Source: an uncultured delta proteobacterium (GTDB taxonomy: Bacteria > Myxococcota_A > Polyangia > Haliangiales > Haliangiaceae). From it: a stretch of DNA of 64,000 nucleotides. This document shows, piece after piece, positions 20,325-31,205 of this stretch. Each line of letters opens with the position of its first letter. The first letter of the stretch is position 1. The stretch is from NCBI GenBank assembly GCA_963848295.1, contig CAWKDB010000010.1, positions 2,080,001 through 2,144,000 on the forward strand, written 5' to 3'. A program made the position numbers and the translations under genes. Under the pieces are notes generated by a model. That model did not search any database and was not told where the DNA came from. It saw only the letters and a list, made by a program, of their open reading frames with translations.

Positions 20325-20414
20325 GGTTGACAAAGTGAACACCGTCCCCAGTGAAGTCTCTGAAACTATTGGGGGTGACACCGACCCGCGGTTGACAGAG
20401 TGAACACCGTCCCC
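20325..20414 (+). repeat. 90-bp element: 25-bp direct repeat, 40-bp spacer, 25-bp direct repeat (copy 1)
   Basis: GGTTGACA(A/G)AGTGAACACCGTCCCC at 20325-20349 and 20390-20414. Confidence 0.92.
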
Positions 20415-20417
20415 CGG

Positions 20418-21053
20418 TTACGGAGCCAGGCGATCGCGCAACCAGCTGCCGTCGATACGGCGATAGCGCACGCGATCGTGCAAGCGCGACGGCTGGCCCT
20501 GCCATAGCTCGATCATGTCCGGAACGACGAGATAGCCGCCCCAATGGGCGGGGCGAGCGAGCGCGCCTTCGTGAGCCGCGGCCGTCACGAACTGCTCGAG
20601 CACCGCGCGATTCGCGATCGGCTGAGACTGCGGCGATGCGATCGCGCCGAGCTGACTGCCGCGCGGGCGCGACGCGAAGTAGGCGTCGGAGTCGGCGGCC
20701 GACACGCGCTCGACCATGCCTTCGATCCGGATCTGGCGATGCATCGGCTCCCAGTAGAGGACGAGCGCCGCACTCGGATGTGCCGCGAGATCGCGTCCCT
20801 TGCGGCTGTCGTAGTTCGTGAAGAACGTCAGGCCGCGCTCGGAGATCTCTTTGACGAGCACGATCCGCGCAGCCGCTCGACCACGCGGATCGACCGTCGC
20901 GAGCGTGGCAGCGTTCGGCGAAGCCACGCCGCCGTCGATCGCGGCCTGCATCCACCGGCGAACCTCGACGATCGGATCGGCATCGCACGCCTCGGGATCG
21001 AGCGGCGCACCTTCGTACTGCTCGCCGAGTCGCCACAGCCGATCATTGACCAT
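20418..21053 (-). CDS. pdxH: Pyridoxine/pyridoxamine 5'-phosphate oxidase
   Basis: ATLATV...RIVLVK, FFTNYDSRKG, RQIRIEG, YFASRPRGSQLGA, WGGY, ELWQG..SRLHDR, RLAP. Confidence 0.95.
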   Translation of the reverse strand: MVNDRLWRLGEQYEGAPLDPEACDADPIVEVRRWMQAAIDGGVASPNAATLATVDPRGRAAARIVLVKEISERGLTFFTNYDSRKGRDLAAHPSAALVLYWEPMHRQIRIEGMVERVSAADSDAYFASRPRGSQLGAIASPQSQPIANRAVLEQFVTAAAHEGALARPAHWGGYLVVPDMIELWQGQPSRLHDRVRYRRIDGSWLRDRLAP

Positions 21054-21058
21054 GCGCG

Positions 21059-21463
21059 CTACTTACCATGTCCCGCTTCCATCGCCGCGTGGAAGCTGTC
21101 GTGCACCCTCGCGAACGCCGCATCGAACGTCGCGAGATCGGTGCCGCCGCACGCGGTCGCGAGCCCTGCGACCGCATCGACGAGCGGCTGGTTCTTCGCC
21201 GCATCCGCTTTTGTCTTGAAGTCGCCGATCACGCCGCACGTGTCGGTCATCCGCTGCTGACCTTGCGCGGCATGCCAGTGCGGCGCGAGCACGTCGTGAA
21301 ACGACGACAGCTCCGGCGACAGCCCGGCCATCTCGCGCTCGTGCTTGTCGTGGTGCTCGCCATCCTTCATGTCCGCCGCGGGCGCGGGTGCAGGGGTGGC
21401 GTCCTGCTTCTTGCTGCAAGCCGTGGCGAGGACGCACGCGAACGCGAAGCCGAGGGTACGCAT
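21059..21463 (-). CDS. Small His-rich lipoprotein
   Basis: Lipobox ATAC; FHDVLAPHWH and HDSFH motifs. Confidence 0.7.
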   Translation of the reverse strand: MRTLGFAFACVLATACSKKQDATPAPAPAADMKDGEHHDKHEREMAGLSPELSSFHDVLAPHWHAAQGQQRMTDTCGVIGDFKTKADAAKNQPLVDAVAGLATACGGTDLATFDAAFARVHDSFHAAMEAGHGK

Positions 21464-21522
21464 CGCCGCGCTTTCGCACGCGCGCGCGGACGTGTCAACC
21501 GCGGCTCCGGTACAGTCGACGA

Positions 21523-22002
21523 ATGGAGCTGTACGTCGTCCGCCACGCGATCGCCTTCGACGCCGCACCCGCCGGTGGCGATCCTCTCCGCGCGCTCACC
21601 CCGAAAGGCGCTCGCAAGTTCCGGCGCGGCGTCCGCGGCATGCGCACCGCCGGGCTGAGATTCGATCACGTCTTGACGAGCCCGTGGCTGCGAGCCGTGC
21701 AGACCGCCGAGCTGCTCGGTCCGATCGCCGAACGCGAACCGATCGCGACCGACTTGTTGTGCCAACGGCCGGGCTCCGAGCTGCTCGCGCGGATCACCGA
21801 GCTCGCTAGCCACACCGCGGTCGTCGGCCACGAGCCGTGGTTGAGCGAGCTCGTCGCCTGGCTCGCGTTTGGCGACTCGCGCCACGGCGAAGCGCTCGAC
21901 CTCAAGAAAGGCAGCGTGACCTGGCTCTCGGGTGGCGTCGTGCCCGGCGGAATGACGATCCGCGCGATCCTGCCGCCAAAGCTGCTGCGCTCGCTGCGTT
22001 AG
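21523..22002 (+). CDS. sixA: SixA-type phosphohistidine phosphatase
   Basis: LYVVRHAIA, RALTPKG, SPWLRAVQTAE, VVGHEP, LKKGSV. Confidence 0.88.
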   Translation: MELYVVRHAIAFDAAPAGGDPLRALTPKGARKFRRGVRGMRTAGLRFDHVLTSPWLRAVQTAELLGPIAEREPIATDLLCQRPGSELLARITELASHTAVVGHEPWLSELVAWLAFGDSRHGEALDLKKGSVTWLSGGVVPGGMTIRAILPPKLLRSLR

Positions 22003-22003
22003 C

Positions 22004-22093
22004 GGGGACGGTGTTCACTCTGTCAACCGGCCTCACGGCGTAGCCACAACAGTTTCAATGCCTTAACTGGGGACGGTGTTCACTTTGTCAACC
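22004..22093 (-). repeat. 90-bp repeat-spacer-repeat element (copy 2, inverted relative to copy 1)
   Basis: GGGGACGGTGTTCACT(C/T)TGTCAACC at 22004-22028 and 22069-22093; the 40-bp spacer resembles the copy 1 spacer. Confidence 0.92.
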
Positions 22094-22095
22094 GG

Positions 22096-22626
22096 CTAAC
22101 GGAGTGGGCGCATCGCGCGTGCCCGCCGCAGGTCGTTGACGACGCGCGCGATCGCATCATCGTGCAGCAGCAGCTTCGACATCGCGCCGGTCGTGATGCC
22201 GAGCCGGCGCGCGGTCGCGCCGATCTCGAGGTCGCCTGCGACGAGCAGATCGAGCAGCTCCGCGATCGCGAGCCAGTAGTCTGCGGTCAGCCGAGTCCGC
22301 GCGCCGAGCGGTGCGGTGCCGCCGGCGACGAGCGCGGCGAGCCGCGGCGATGCCACGTAGCCGTCGAGCTCACCCGCGATCGGCGCGCGCACCTCGAGCG
22401 CGATCGCGGCGCGCAGGCGGCGCACCGCGTAGATCTTGTTCTCGGCTTGCGACCGGCTGTCTTCGCCGATCGCCGATACGCCGGTCGGGAGATGACGCAG
22501 TCGTACCGCGCTCTCGGTCTTGTTTCGGTGCTGTCCGCCCGGCCCGGACGCGCGATAGCGATCGACCTCGCTCTGCGCGATCAATGCATCATCGGTCGCG
22601 ATCAGGGCTGCGTCGCGCGGGGTCAA
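22096..22626 (-). CDS. Peptide chain release factor-like (RF-1 domain) protein
   Basis: YRASGPGGQHRNKTESAVRLRHLPTG...RSQAENK (GGQ); TTG start overlaps the upstream stop. Confidence 0.85.
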   Translation of the reverse strand: MTPRDAALIATDDALIAQSEVDRYRASGPGGQHRNKTESAVRLRHLPTGVSAIGEDSRSQAENKIYAVRRLRAAIALEVRAPIAGELDGYVASPRLAALVAGGTAPLGARTRLTADYWLAIAELLDLLVAGDLEIGATARRLGITTGAMSKLLLHDDAIARVVNDLRRARAMRPLR

Positions 22627-23621
22627 TTCGCGTCGCTCGGCGCGGTCGCGGGGGTCGTCGGCTGCGTCACCGGCGCGCTCGGATCGAGATAGACATCGAC
22701 GCCGGCGCGCTCTCCGGCTCGACCGTATTCGACGCTCGCGATCCCGCCGCCGAGCGCACCGACCAGCTTGTCGAGCTTCGGATCGACCCCGACCTTCACA
22801 TCGCCGCACAGCGTGCGCGTCGCCTCGAACGACAGCCCCGGGACCAGCGCGCCGACCCGCACGATCTTGCCGCCGCGGATCCGCAGCGATAAGCCGAGCG
22901 CCGGGGTCGAAGAAACCGCACCGCCATCCGCCGGTGCTCCCGGTCCCGGGCGAGCCGCGACCGGCGATGCGCCGAGCAGATGCGCGACGAGTGGAGCCTC
23001 TAGCGGTGCGCCGGTGAACGAGGCGAAAGCCGCCGACAGCGCGGTGACTTGGGCGTCGACGGTCGCACCCGGCATCGCGAGCTCGATCTCGGAGTATGGC
23101 GCGTCGCCGATCGATTGCGTGAACCGCTCGATCCGCGACACGCCGTGTTCCTCGACCCACTTCTTGATCTGGTACTTCGCCTCGTGCGTCCCGAACATCG
23201 CCTCGACCTTCGGCCACTCGTGCGGATCGAAGAAGTGCCAGCCGGTCGTGACCTTGCCGCCCCACACGCCGATCCACGAGCCGACGAGCTTCGGCTCGAG
23301 CTGCTCGCCGATCTGATCGAGCAGGTGCGCGTCGGTCTTCGCGATGTTGCACAGCTTGAAGTAGTCGGCCATCCGCGGCACGAAGCCGCGCGGATCGCCC
23401 CACGAGCCCCACCAGACGCGGCGCAGATCGCTGCCGAGCATGGCGAGAAAGTTCACGCCTTCGCCGTCCGGCATATCCGGCGGCGTCGGGTTGTGCTCGA
23501 GCCAGCGGTCGAGATGGATATCCATCCACTCCTCGATGATCGGCAGCTGCGACAGGCTGATCTGGAGGTTCAACCGGACCGATAGCGCGCGCTGCAGAGC
23601 AGTCTCGAGCGAGCTGGCCAT
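22623..23621 (-). CDS. Hypothetical protein carrying an in-frame 57-bp element
   Basis: Long ORF with protein-like composition; low-complexity-looking insert SPVAARPGPGAPADGGAVSSTP. Confidence 0.75.
   Translation of the reverse strand: MASSLETALQRALSVRLNLQISLSQLPIIEEWMDIHLDRWLEHNPTPPDMPDGEGVNFLAMLGSDLRRVWWGSWGDPRGFVPRMADYFKLCNIAKTDAHLLDQIGEQLEPKLVGSWIGVWGGKVTTGWHFFDPHEWPKVEAMFGTHEAKYQIKKWVEEHGVSRIERFTQSIGDAPYSEIELAMPGATVDAQVTALSAAFASFTGAPLEAPLVAHLLGASPVAARPGPGAPADGGAVSSTPALGLSLRIRGGKIVRVGALVPGLSFEATRTLCGDVKVGVDPKLDKLVGALGGGIASVEYGRAGERAGVDVYLDPSAPVTQPTTPATAPSDAN
22906..22962. repeat. 57-bp two-hairpin element, copy in the opposite orientation
   Basis: GTCGAAGAAACCGCACCGCCATCCGCCGGTGCTCCCGGTCCCGGGCGAGCCGCGACC; 44/57 nt identical (manual count) to the reverse complement of the kinase unit. 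Confidence 0.85.
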
Positions 23622-23636
23622 CTCAGATCGAACGTA

Positions 23637-24167
23637 TCATGCACGGCCGGTGGGCTCGTGCTTGATGCGCGGCAGCAGCATCACGAAGTTGCACGGCGAC
23701 GTGCGGTGATCGAGCTGCGAGATCAGGATCCGCTCGACCGCGGTCTTCACCCCGTTGGTCGAGCCCGGCAGCAAGAACACGTACGTCGTCTCGCACAGCG
23801 CGCCCTCGGCGCGACTCTGGATCGTCGCGGCGCCGATTTCGGCGAACGAGATCGATCGAAACAGCTCGCCGAAGCCAGGGATCGCCTTGGTCACGAGCGG
23901 CGCGAGCGCCTCGGGAGTGACGTCGCGCGGCGTGACGCCGGTGCCGCCGGTCGCGATCACGACGTCGATCGCGGGGTCCGCGATCCACGCCTTCAGCTGC
24001 GCGCGGATCACGAGCTCGGAGTCCACAGCGATCGCGCGAGCCGCGATGCGATGCCCGACCTCGGCGAGCCGGGTCGCGATGTAGCCGCCGGATGTGTCGG
24101 TCTCGAGCGTGCGCGTGTCCGAGACTGTCAACACCGCGACATTGATCGGGATGAACGGTCGCTCCAT
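23637..24167 (-). CDS. moaB: Molybdenum cofactor biosynthesis protein B (MoaB/MogA family)
   Basis: AVLTVSDTR...[45 protein letters not shown]. Confidence 0.93.
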   Translation of the reverse strand: MERPFIPINVAVLTVSDTRTLETDTSGGYIATRLAEVGHRIAARAIAVDSELVIRAQLKAWIADPAIDVVIATGGTGVTPRDVTPEALAPLVTKAIPGFGELFRSISFAEIGAATIQSRAEGALCETTYVFLLPGSTNGVKTAVERILISQLDHRTSPCNFVMLLPRIKHEPTGRA

Positions 24168-24218
24168 GGCTGGGTAACTGTCGCACGGCCGTCGAAATCC
24201 TGTGTCGTGAATTGTGTT

Positions 24219-24233
24219 TAACGCATTGCGTTA
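24219..24233. promoter_or_regulatory. Palindromic operator candidate TAACGCA-T-TGCGTTA
   Basis: Perfect 7-1-7 palindrome in the AT-rich divergent intergenic region. Confidence 0.5.
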
Positions 24234-24304
24234 GACAGTGTTAGAACACAACTCATTGCGGATGACGCGGCGCGTCTTAAGGTGTTCTCGAAAGGGGAAA
24301 CACC

Positions 24305-24685
24305 ATGGCCACCGCAAAGATCGAGATTCGTACCGACCATCCCGGCGTCGTTCCCGGCGTCGCCAACCTCGCGCTCGACGTCGTCGATCGCAGCCAATCG
24401 ACCGCGATCGCAGTGCTCCAGGACGCGCGCATCGAGCTGCGCGCCGTGCTCGAGGGCGGCATCGAGCTCGTCGACAAGACCACCGCGGCCGCATTCCGGC
24501 TCGCGCGCAAGCTCGTGCAACGCGTCGACGAGGGCGTCGCCGAGACTTTGGGCAACGTCGAGCGCCTCGTCGGCGGCGCCGTGCGCTCCGCTCGCGAAAC
24601 GACGCGCGCCGCGACCGATCTCGCACACAGCGTCGGAACCGGCATCGGCGGGCAGCCGGCTAAGCCCGCAATCCCGGCGGCGTAG
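24305..24685 (+). CDS. Small all-helical hypothetical protein (phasin-like)
   Basis: AAGGGG RBS; amphipathic Ala/Leu/Val-rich helices with very few aromatics. Confidence 0.65.
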   Translation: MATAKIEIRTDHPGVVPGVANLALDVVDRSQSTAIAVLQDARIELRAVLEGGIELVDKTTAAAFRLARKLVQRVDEGVAETLGNVERLVGGAVRSARETTRAATDLAHSVGTGIGGQPAKPAIPAA

Positions 24686-25120
24686 TTACTTCTTTTTCGC
24701 CGCCGGCTTCTTCGCGGCCGGCTTTTTCGCAGCGGTCGGCTTCTTTGCCGCCGACCTCTTCGCCGCCTTTGCGGGCTTCGCCGCACCGGCGAGCTCGTCG
24801 AGCTGAGCGAGCTGGGTGAGAAACACATCGGCGATCGCGCCGAGTGACGCCGCGTCCGGCGCATCGATCTCGTCGACCACGAGGATGAACAGGTCGCCGG
24901 CGAGCCGCCGTCGCGACAGCTCGGCGATCACATCGCCATCGACGTCCCAGCTGTCGCCGGCCTCGGACGTCAAGTACTCGTAGCCGACCCGCTTGCCGGC
25001 GTCGAAGCCATCGACCTCGAACCGCACGCCGGTTTCAGCGAACGCGACGTTCTCCGCAATCTCGTAGCCTGCCTGCTCGAATCGCGCCTTCAGCAGCGCG
25101 CATGCGTCGTGCTCGGTCAT
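24686..25120 (-). CDS. Hypothetical protein with possible restriction-endonuclease-like core and histone-H1-like AAKK tail
   Basis: FEVDGFD...VGYEY; tail AAKPAKAAKRSAAKKPTAAKKPAAKKPAAKKK. Confidence 0.6.
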   Translation of the reverse strand: MTEHDACALLKARFEQAGYEIAENVAFAETGVRFEVDGFDAGKRVGYEYLTSEAGDSWDVDGDVIAELSRRRLAGDLFILVVDEIDAPDAASLGAIADVFLTQLAQLDELAGAAKPAKAAKRSAAKKPTAAKKPAAKKPAAKKK

Positions 25121-25181
25121 GACTCGGCCGGAGCTTACCCGGGTTTCGCCCGGTTCCGCATCTCGGTCGCAGCCGACTGCG

Positions 25182-25766
25182 CTATTGACGAACCTGCACG
25201 CCGCCGCCCACGCCGACGTAGCCGACGTCGCTATCGAACGAGGTCTTGAGCTCGACGTAGATGCCGACCCGATGCACGCCGAGCTTGACGATGTCGGCAC
25301 CGCCCGCGAGCTGCAGGCCGAACGACGCGTTGAAGCCGGAGTCGGTGGAGTCCATGTCGAGCGCCACGTCGTCGAGGTGGACGCCGAGGAAGATCTTCGC
25401 CCAGAACCGATCGTAGCCGGTCGCCGACGCATAGCCACCGAGGTCGATCGGCACGAGCGTCGCCTGATACGAGATGAACTCCGGGGTGTAGCTACCCGAC
25501 AACACGCCGGCATCGGCGTGAAACCCGACCGTCGTCGTGCTGTCGATGTGCACGCCGATCTCGCCGAACACCGTCGAGCCCCACGCCGTCGCGAGCGCGG
25601 TCGTGGCATGCGTGAGGTCGGCGCCGACCGCCCACGCGAGCTTGCCCGACATCGGATCCGGCGCGGTCGGCTCCGGTTCCGGCGGCGCCCCGGGCATGGC
25701 GCCGACCTCTGCGTGAGCGGTCGCGCAAGCTGCCAAGACCATCGCCGCCGCCCACCTTGCCTTCAT
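25182..25766 (-). CDS. Putative outer-membrane beta-barrel protein
   Basis: Signal peptide followed by alternating-pattern beta strands. Confidence 0.6.
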   Translation of the reverse strand: MKARWAAAMVLAACATAHAEVGAMPGAPPEPEPTAPDPMSGKLAWAVGADLTHATTALATAWGSTVFGEIGVHIDSTTTVGFHADAGVLSGSYTPEFISYQATLVPIDLGGYASATGYDRFWAKIFLGVHLDDVALDMDSTDSGFNASFGLQLAGGADIVKLGVHRVGIYVELKTSFDSDVGYVGVGGGVQVRQ

Positions 25767-25791
25767 GAGATCCGAGCATATCAGCTCGGGG

Positions 25792-28325
<2,534 letters not shown>

Positions 28326-28326
<1 letters not shown>

Positions 28327-28949
28327 TACTTGCCGAGCACTTTGCGGATGCGCGCGGAGACCTCGTCGAGCGTGCCGACGCCATCGACCCGCTTCAGGAT
28401 GCCTTGGCTGGCGTAGAACGGCAGGATCGGCTCGGTCTCGCCGTGATACTTGACGAGCCGCTCGGTGCACGCCTCGGCGGTGTCGTCTTTGCGCTGCACG
28501 ACCTCGAGCCCCGCCGGTGGCGGGTTGTACTTCGTATGATAGATCGTGCCGGTCTTCGGATCGGATCGCCGGCCGGTGACGCGCTCGAGGATGAGGTCGT
28601 CGGCAACTTCGATCAGCACGATCGCGTCGAGCGACACGTTCGCGGCCTCGAGCGCGGCGTCGAGCGCTTCGGCTTGCGGCACCGTGCGCGGAAACCCGTC
28701 GAGCATGAACCCGCCGGCGCAATCTGGCTTCGCGATCCGCTCGAGGATCATCCCGATCACGACGTTGTCGGGTACGAGCTTGCCCGCCTTCATGTAGCGA
28801 TCGGCCTCTTGCCCCATCGCGGTGCCGTCCTTGACCGCCGCGCGCAACATGTCGCCGCTCGAGATATGTGGAATCCGAAACGTGTCGACGAGGCGGGCGG
28901 CCTGTGTGCCCTTCCCTGCTCCCGGTGGCCCGACGAGGATCATGCGCAT
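28326..28949 (-). CDS. adk: Adenylate kinase
   Basis: GPPGAGKGTQA, HISSGDMLR, GKLVPD, LDGFPRT. Confidence 0.97.
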
Positions 28950-28970
28950 CCGCGTCGTTTACCACACGTT

Positions 28971-30116
28971 TCAGGCCCGCTGGAGCAGCAACCGGAACGT
29001 CGTGCCGACGCCGACGACCGACTCGACCTCGATCGCACCGCCGTGGCGCCGCACGCTGCCGTGGAGCATTGCGAGACCGAGGCCATTGCCCTTGCCGAGC
29101 TTCGTCGTGAAGAACGGCTCGAACGCGCGGGCAAGCGTCGCTTCGTCCATGCCGCAGCCGGTGTCGGCGATCGCGATCTCGACGTAGTGGCCCGCGGCCG
29201 GGAGGTTGCGCGCCATCGCGGTCTGCGCGTCGCAGTGGACCGCGCGTGCCTCGACGATGACGGTGCCCCCGTCCGGCATCGCGTCGCGTGCGTTGACGAA
29301 CAGGTTGAGCAGCGCCTGGTGCAGCTCCTCGGGCGCGCCACGCACCGCGAGCTCGACCGGCACCTTCGTCGCGATGGCGAGCTTACCGCCCGCTTGCCGC
29401 CGCATGATCGCGACGATCTTCTCGACGAGATGCGACAGCGACACGATCTCGAACTGCAGGTCGTCGGTGCGACCGAGCCGCATCAACCGCTTCGCGACCG
29501 CGATCGCGGAGGTCGTCGCTTGTCGGATCGATTCGAGAGCCTCCTGGGCGTCACGCGCGTCGAGCGCGACAGCATCTTCGACGATCTGGAGCTCGCCCAA
29601 GATCACCGCGAGCGTGTTGTTGAAGTCGTGCGCGAGCCCGCCGGCGAGGGAGCCCATCGTCTCGAGGCGCTGCAGCCGGCGCATCCGCTCTTCGAGCTCG
29701 TCATGCTGCGCGAACAGCAAGATCGAGCCGCCGATCTGGATCCGATCACCGACGCGCAGCACCACGCGGTCGATGCGCGAGCCGTTGTGGAACGTGCCGT
29801 TCGCGCTGTCGAGGTCCTCGAGCACGAAGCTGTCACCGTCGTGGACCAACCGAGCATGGCGCCGAGACACGTCGGTCGCCGCGAGCACGATGTCGACCGC
29901 GCCGCGGCCGATCACGACCGGCGCGGTGCCGATCCGGAACGTCCGGCCGAGCTGCTCGCCGATCACGCACACGAGGCCCGCCGACGGCGCTGCAGGTGGA
30001 TCGACGATGACGAGCGGCACGACGCCGGTGACGTCGAACGCCGGCGGAAGTGGCCTTTCGGTCGGGGCTCGCACTTGGCCGTGGGGCGGTGCGGACTTGT
30101 AGACAGGCTCGGCCAT
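28971..30116 (-). CDS. FHA-domain sensor histidine kinase
   Basis: FHA: IGRG...VSRRHA...DLDSANGT; H-box AHDFNN; NARDAM, DTGCGM, FEPFFTTK, GLGL. Confidence 0.92.
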   Translation of the reverse strand: MAEPVYKSAPPHGQVRAPTERPLPPAFDVTGVVPLVIVDPPAAPSAGLVCVIGEQLGRTFRIGTAPVVIGRGAVDIVLAATDVSRRHARLVHDGDSFVLEDLDSANGTFHNGSRIDRVVLRVGDRIQIGGSILLFAQHDELEERMRRLQRLETMGSLAGGLAHDFNNTLAVILGELQIVEDAVALDARDAQEALESIRQATTSAIAVAKRLMRLGRTDDLQFEIVSLSHLVEKIVAIMRRQAGGKLAIATKVPVELAVRGAPEELHQALLNLFVNARDAMPDGGTVIVEARAVHCDAQTAMARNLPAAGHYVEIAIADTGCGMDEATLARAFEPFFTTKLGKGNGLGLAMLHGSVRRHGGAIEVESVVGVGTTFRLLLQRA

Positions 30117-30178
30117 GGCATCGACGGTAGGGCGCCGGCCGCGATCCGCGGAGTAGCCACGGGGTAACGGTCGGCTCG

Positions 30179-30628
30179 TCAGGCGTTAGCGACGCGCAGC
30201 ATCTCGACGTGCGGGATCCCGTCCTCCTCATAAATTTCAGAGACCGGCCGAAACCCGAGCTCGCCGTAGAACCGTTGCAGATGCGCTTGCGCGCTGATCC
30301 GGACCGCGACCGGACCGGCGAGCGCGAGGCCACGGCGCATCAGCTCGCGCCCGATGCCGGTGCCACGCGCTTGCACCGCGGTGATCACGCGGCCGATGCT
30401 GACCTCCGCGTACTTGTCGCCGGCGGGCAACACCCTGAGATATGCGACGAGCTCGCCGTCGCGCTCCGCCCACAAGTGGTGCGCGCGCGGGTCGCGGCCG
30501 TCGGCGTCCTGATACGCGCAGGCTTGCTCGACGACGAACACCCGCTCGCGCAGCACGATGATCGCGTAGAGCTCGGCCGTCGTCAGCTCGCCGAACGTGC
30601 GAGCGTGCCAGGTGAGTGCATCGGGCAC
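30179..30628 (-). CDS. elaA: ElaA-like GNAT acetyltransferase
   Basis: LRERVFVVEQ.C.YQD.DG.D, IGRV, SAQAHLQRFY...GF, YEEDGIPHVEM. Confidence 0.88.
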   Translation of the reverse strand: MPDALTWHARTFGELTTAELYAIIVLRERVFVVEQACAYQDADGRDPRAHHLWAERDGELVAYLRVLPAGDKYAEVSIGRVITAVQARGTGIGRELMRRGLALAGPVAVRISAQAHLQRFYGELGFRPVSEIYEEDGIPHVEMLRVANA

Positions 30629-30651
30629 GCCGGCAGACTACCATCGCGCCG

Positions 30652-31191
30652 GTGACGTCGGTCTGCGTGTTCTTGTCGTCTTCGCCGGGCCAGCCCGCGT
30701 TCGTCGAGACGATCACCGAGCTCGGCGCCGAGCTCGCGCGCCGCGGCCACGCGCTGGTCTACGGCGGCGCGCAACGCGGCCTGATGGGCACGCTTGCCGA
30801 TGTCGCGCTCGCGAACGGCGTACGGGTCATCGGCGTGATTCCGCGCGCGCTCGTCGATCAGGAGGTCGCGCACGGGGCGTTGACCGAGCTCCACGTCGTC
30901 GACACGATGCACGCGCGCAAGGCGATGATGTTCGCGCTCGCCGATGCGTTCGTCGTCGCTCCCGGCGGGTTCGGTACGCTCGAGGAGGCGTTCGAGATCC
31001 TGACCGCGATCCAGATCGGCTATCACACCAAGCCGATCGTGTTTCTCGACGTCGACGGGTTCTGGGACCAGCTGGGCGGGTTCCTCGACCACGCGGTGGT
31101 CGCCGGTGTGTTGCGACCGGAGGTCCGCGCACTTTTTCGCGTGACCGCTTCACCGAGCGCCGCGCTCGACGCGATCGGCACGGCCGCGTGA
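30652..31191 (+). CDS. LOG-family nucleotide phosphoribohydrolase
   Basis: LVYGG..GLMG, MHARK, PGGFGTLEE. Confidence 0.9.
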   Translation: MTSVCVFLSSSPGQPAFVETITELGAELARRGHALVYGGAQRGLMGTLADVALANGVRVIGVIPRALVDQEVAHGALTELHVVDTMHARKAMMFALADAFVVAPGGFGTLEEAFEILTAIQIGYHTKPIVFLDVDGFWDQLGGFLDHAVVAGVLRPEVRALFRVTASPSAALDAIGTAA

Positions 31192-31205
31192 TACGCTTTT
31201 AGGGT

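Noticed and set aside
20325..22093. Repeat-spacer-repeat units as CRISPR mini-arrays
   Set aside because: Only two repeats per locus, the spacers are homologous to each other, and there are no cas genes in the window.
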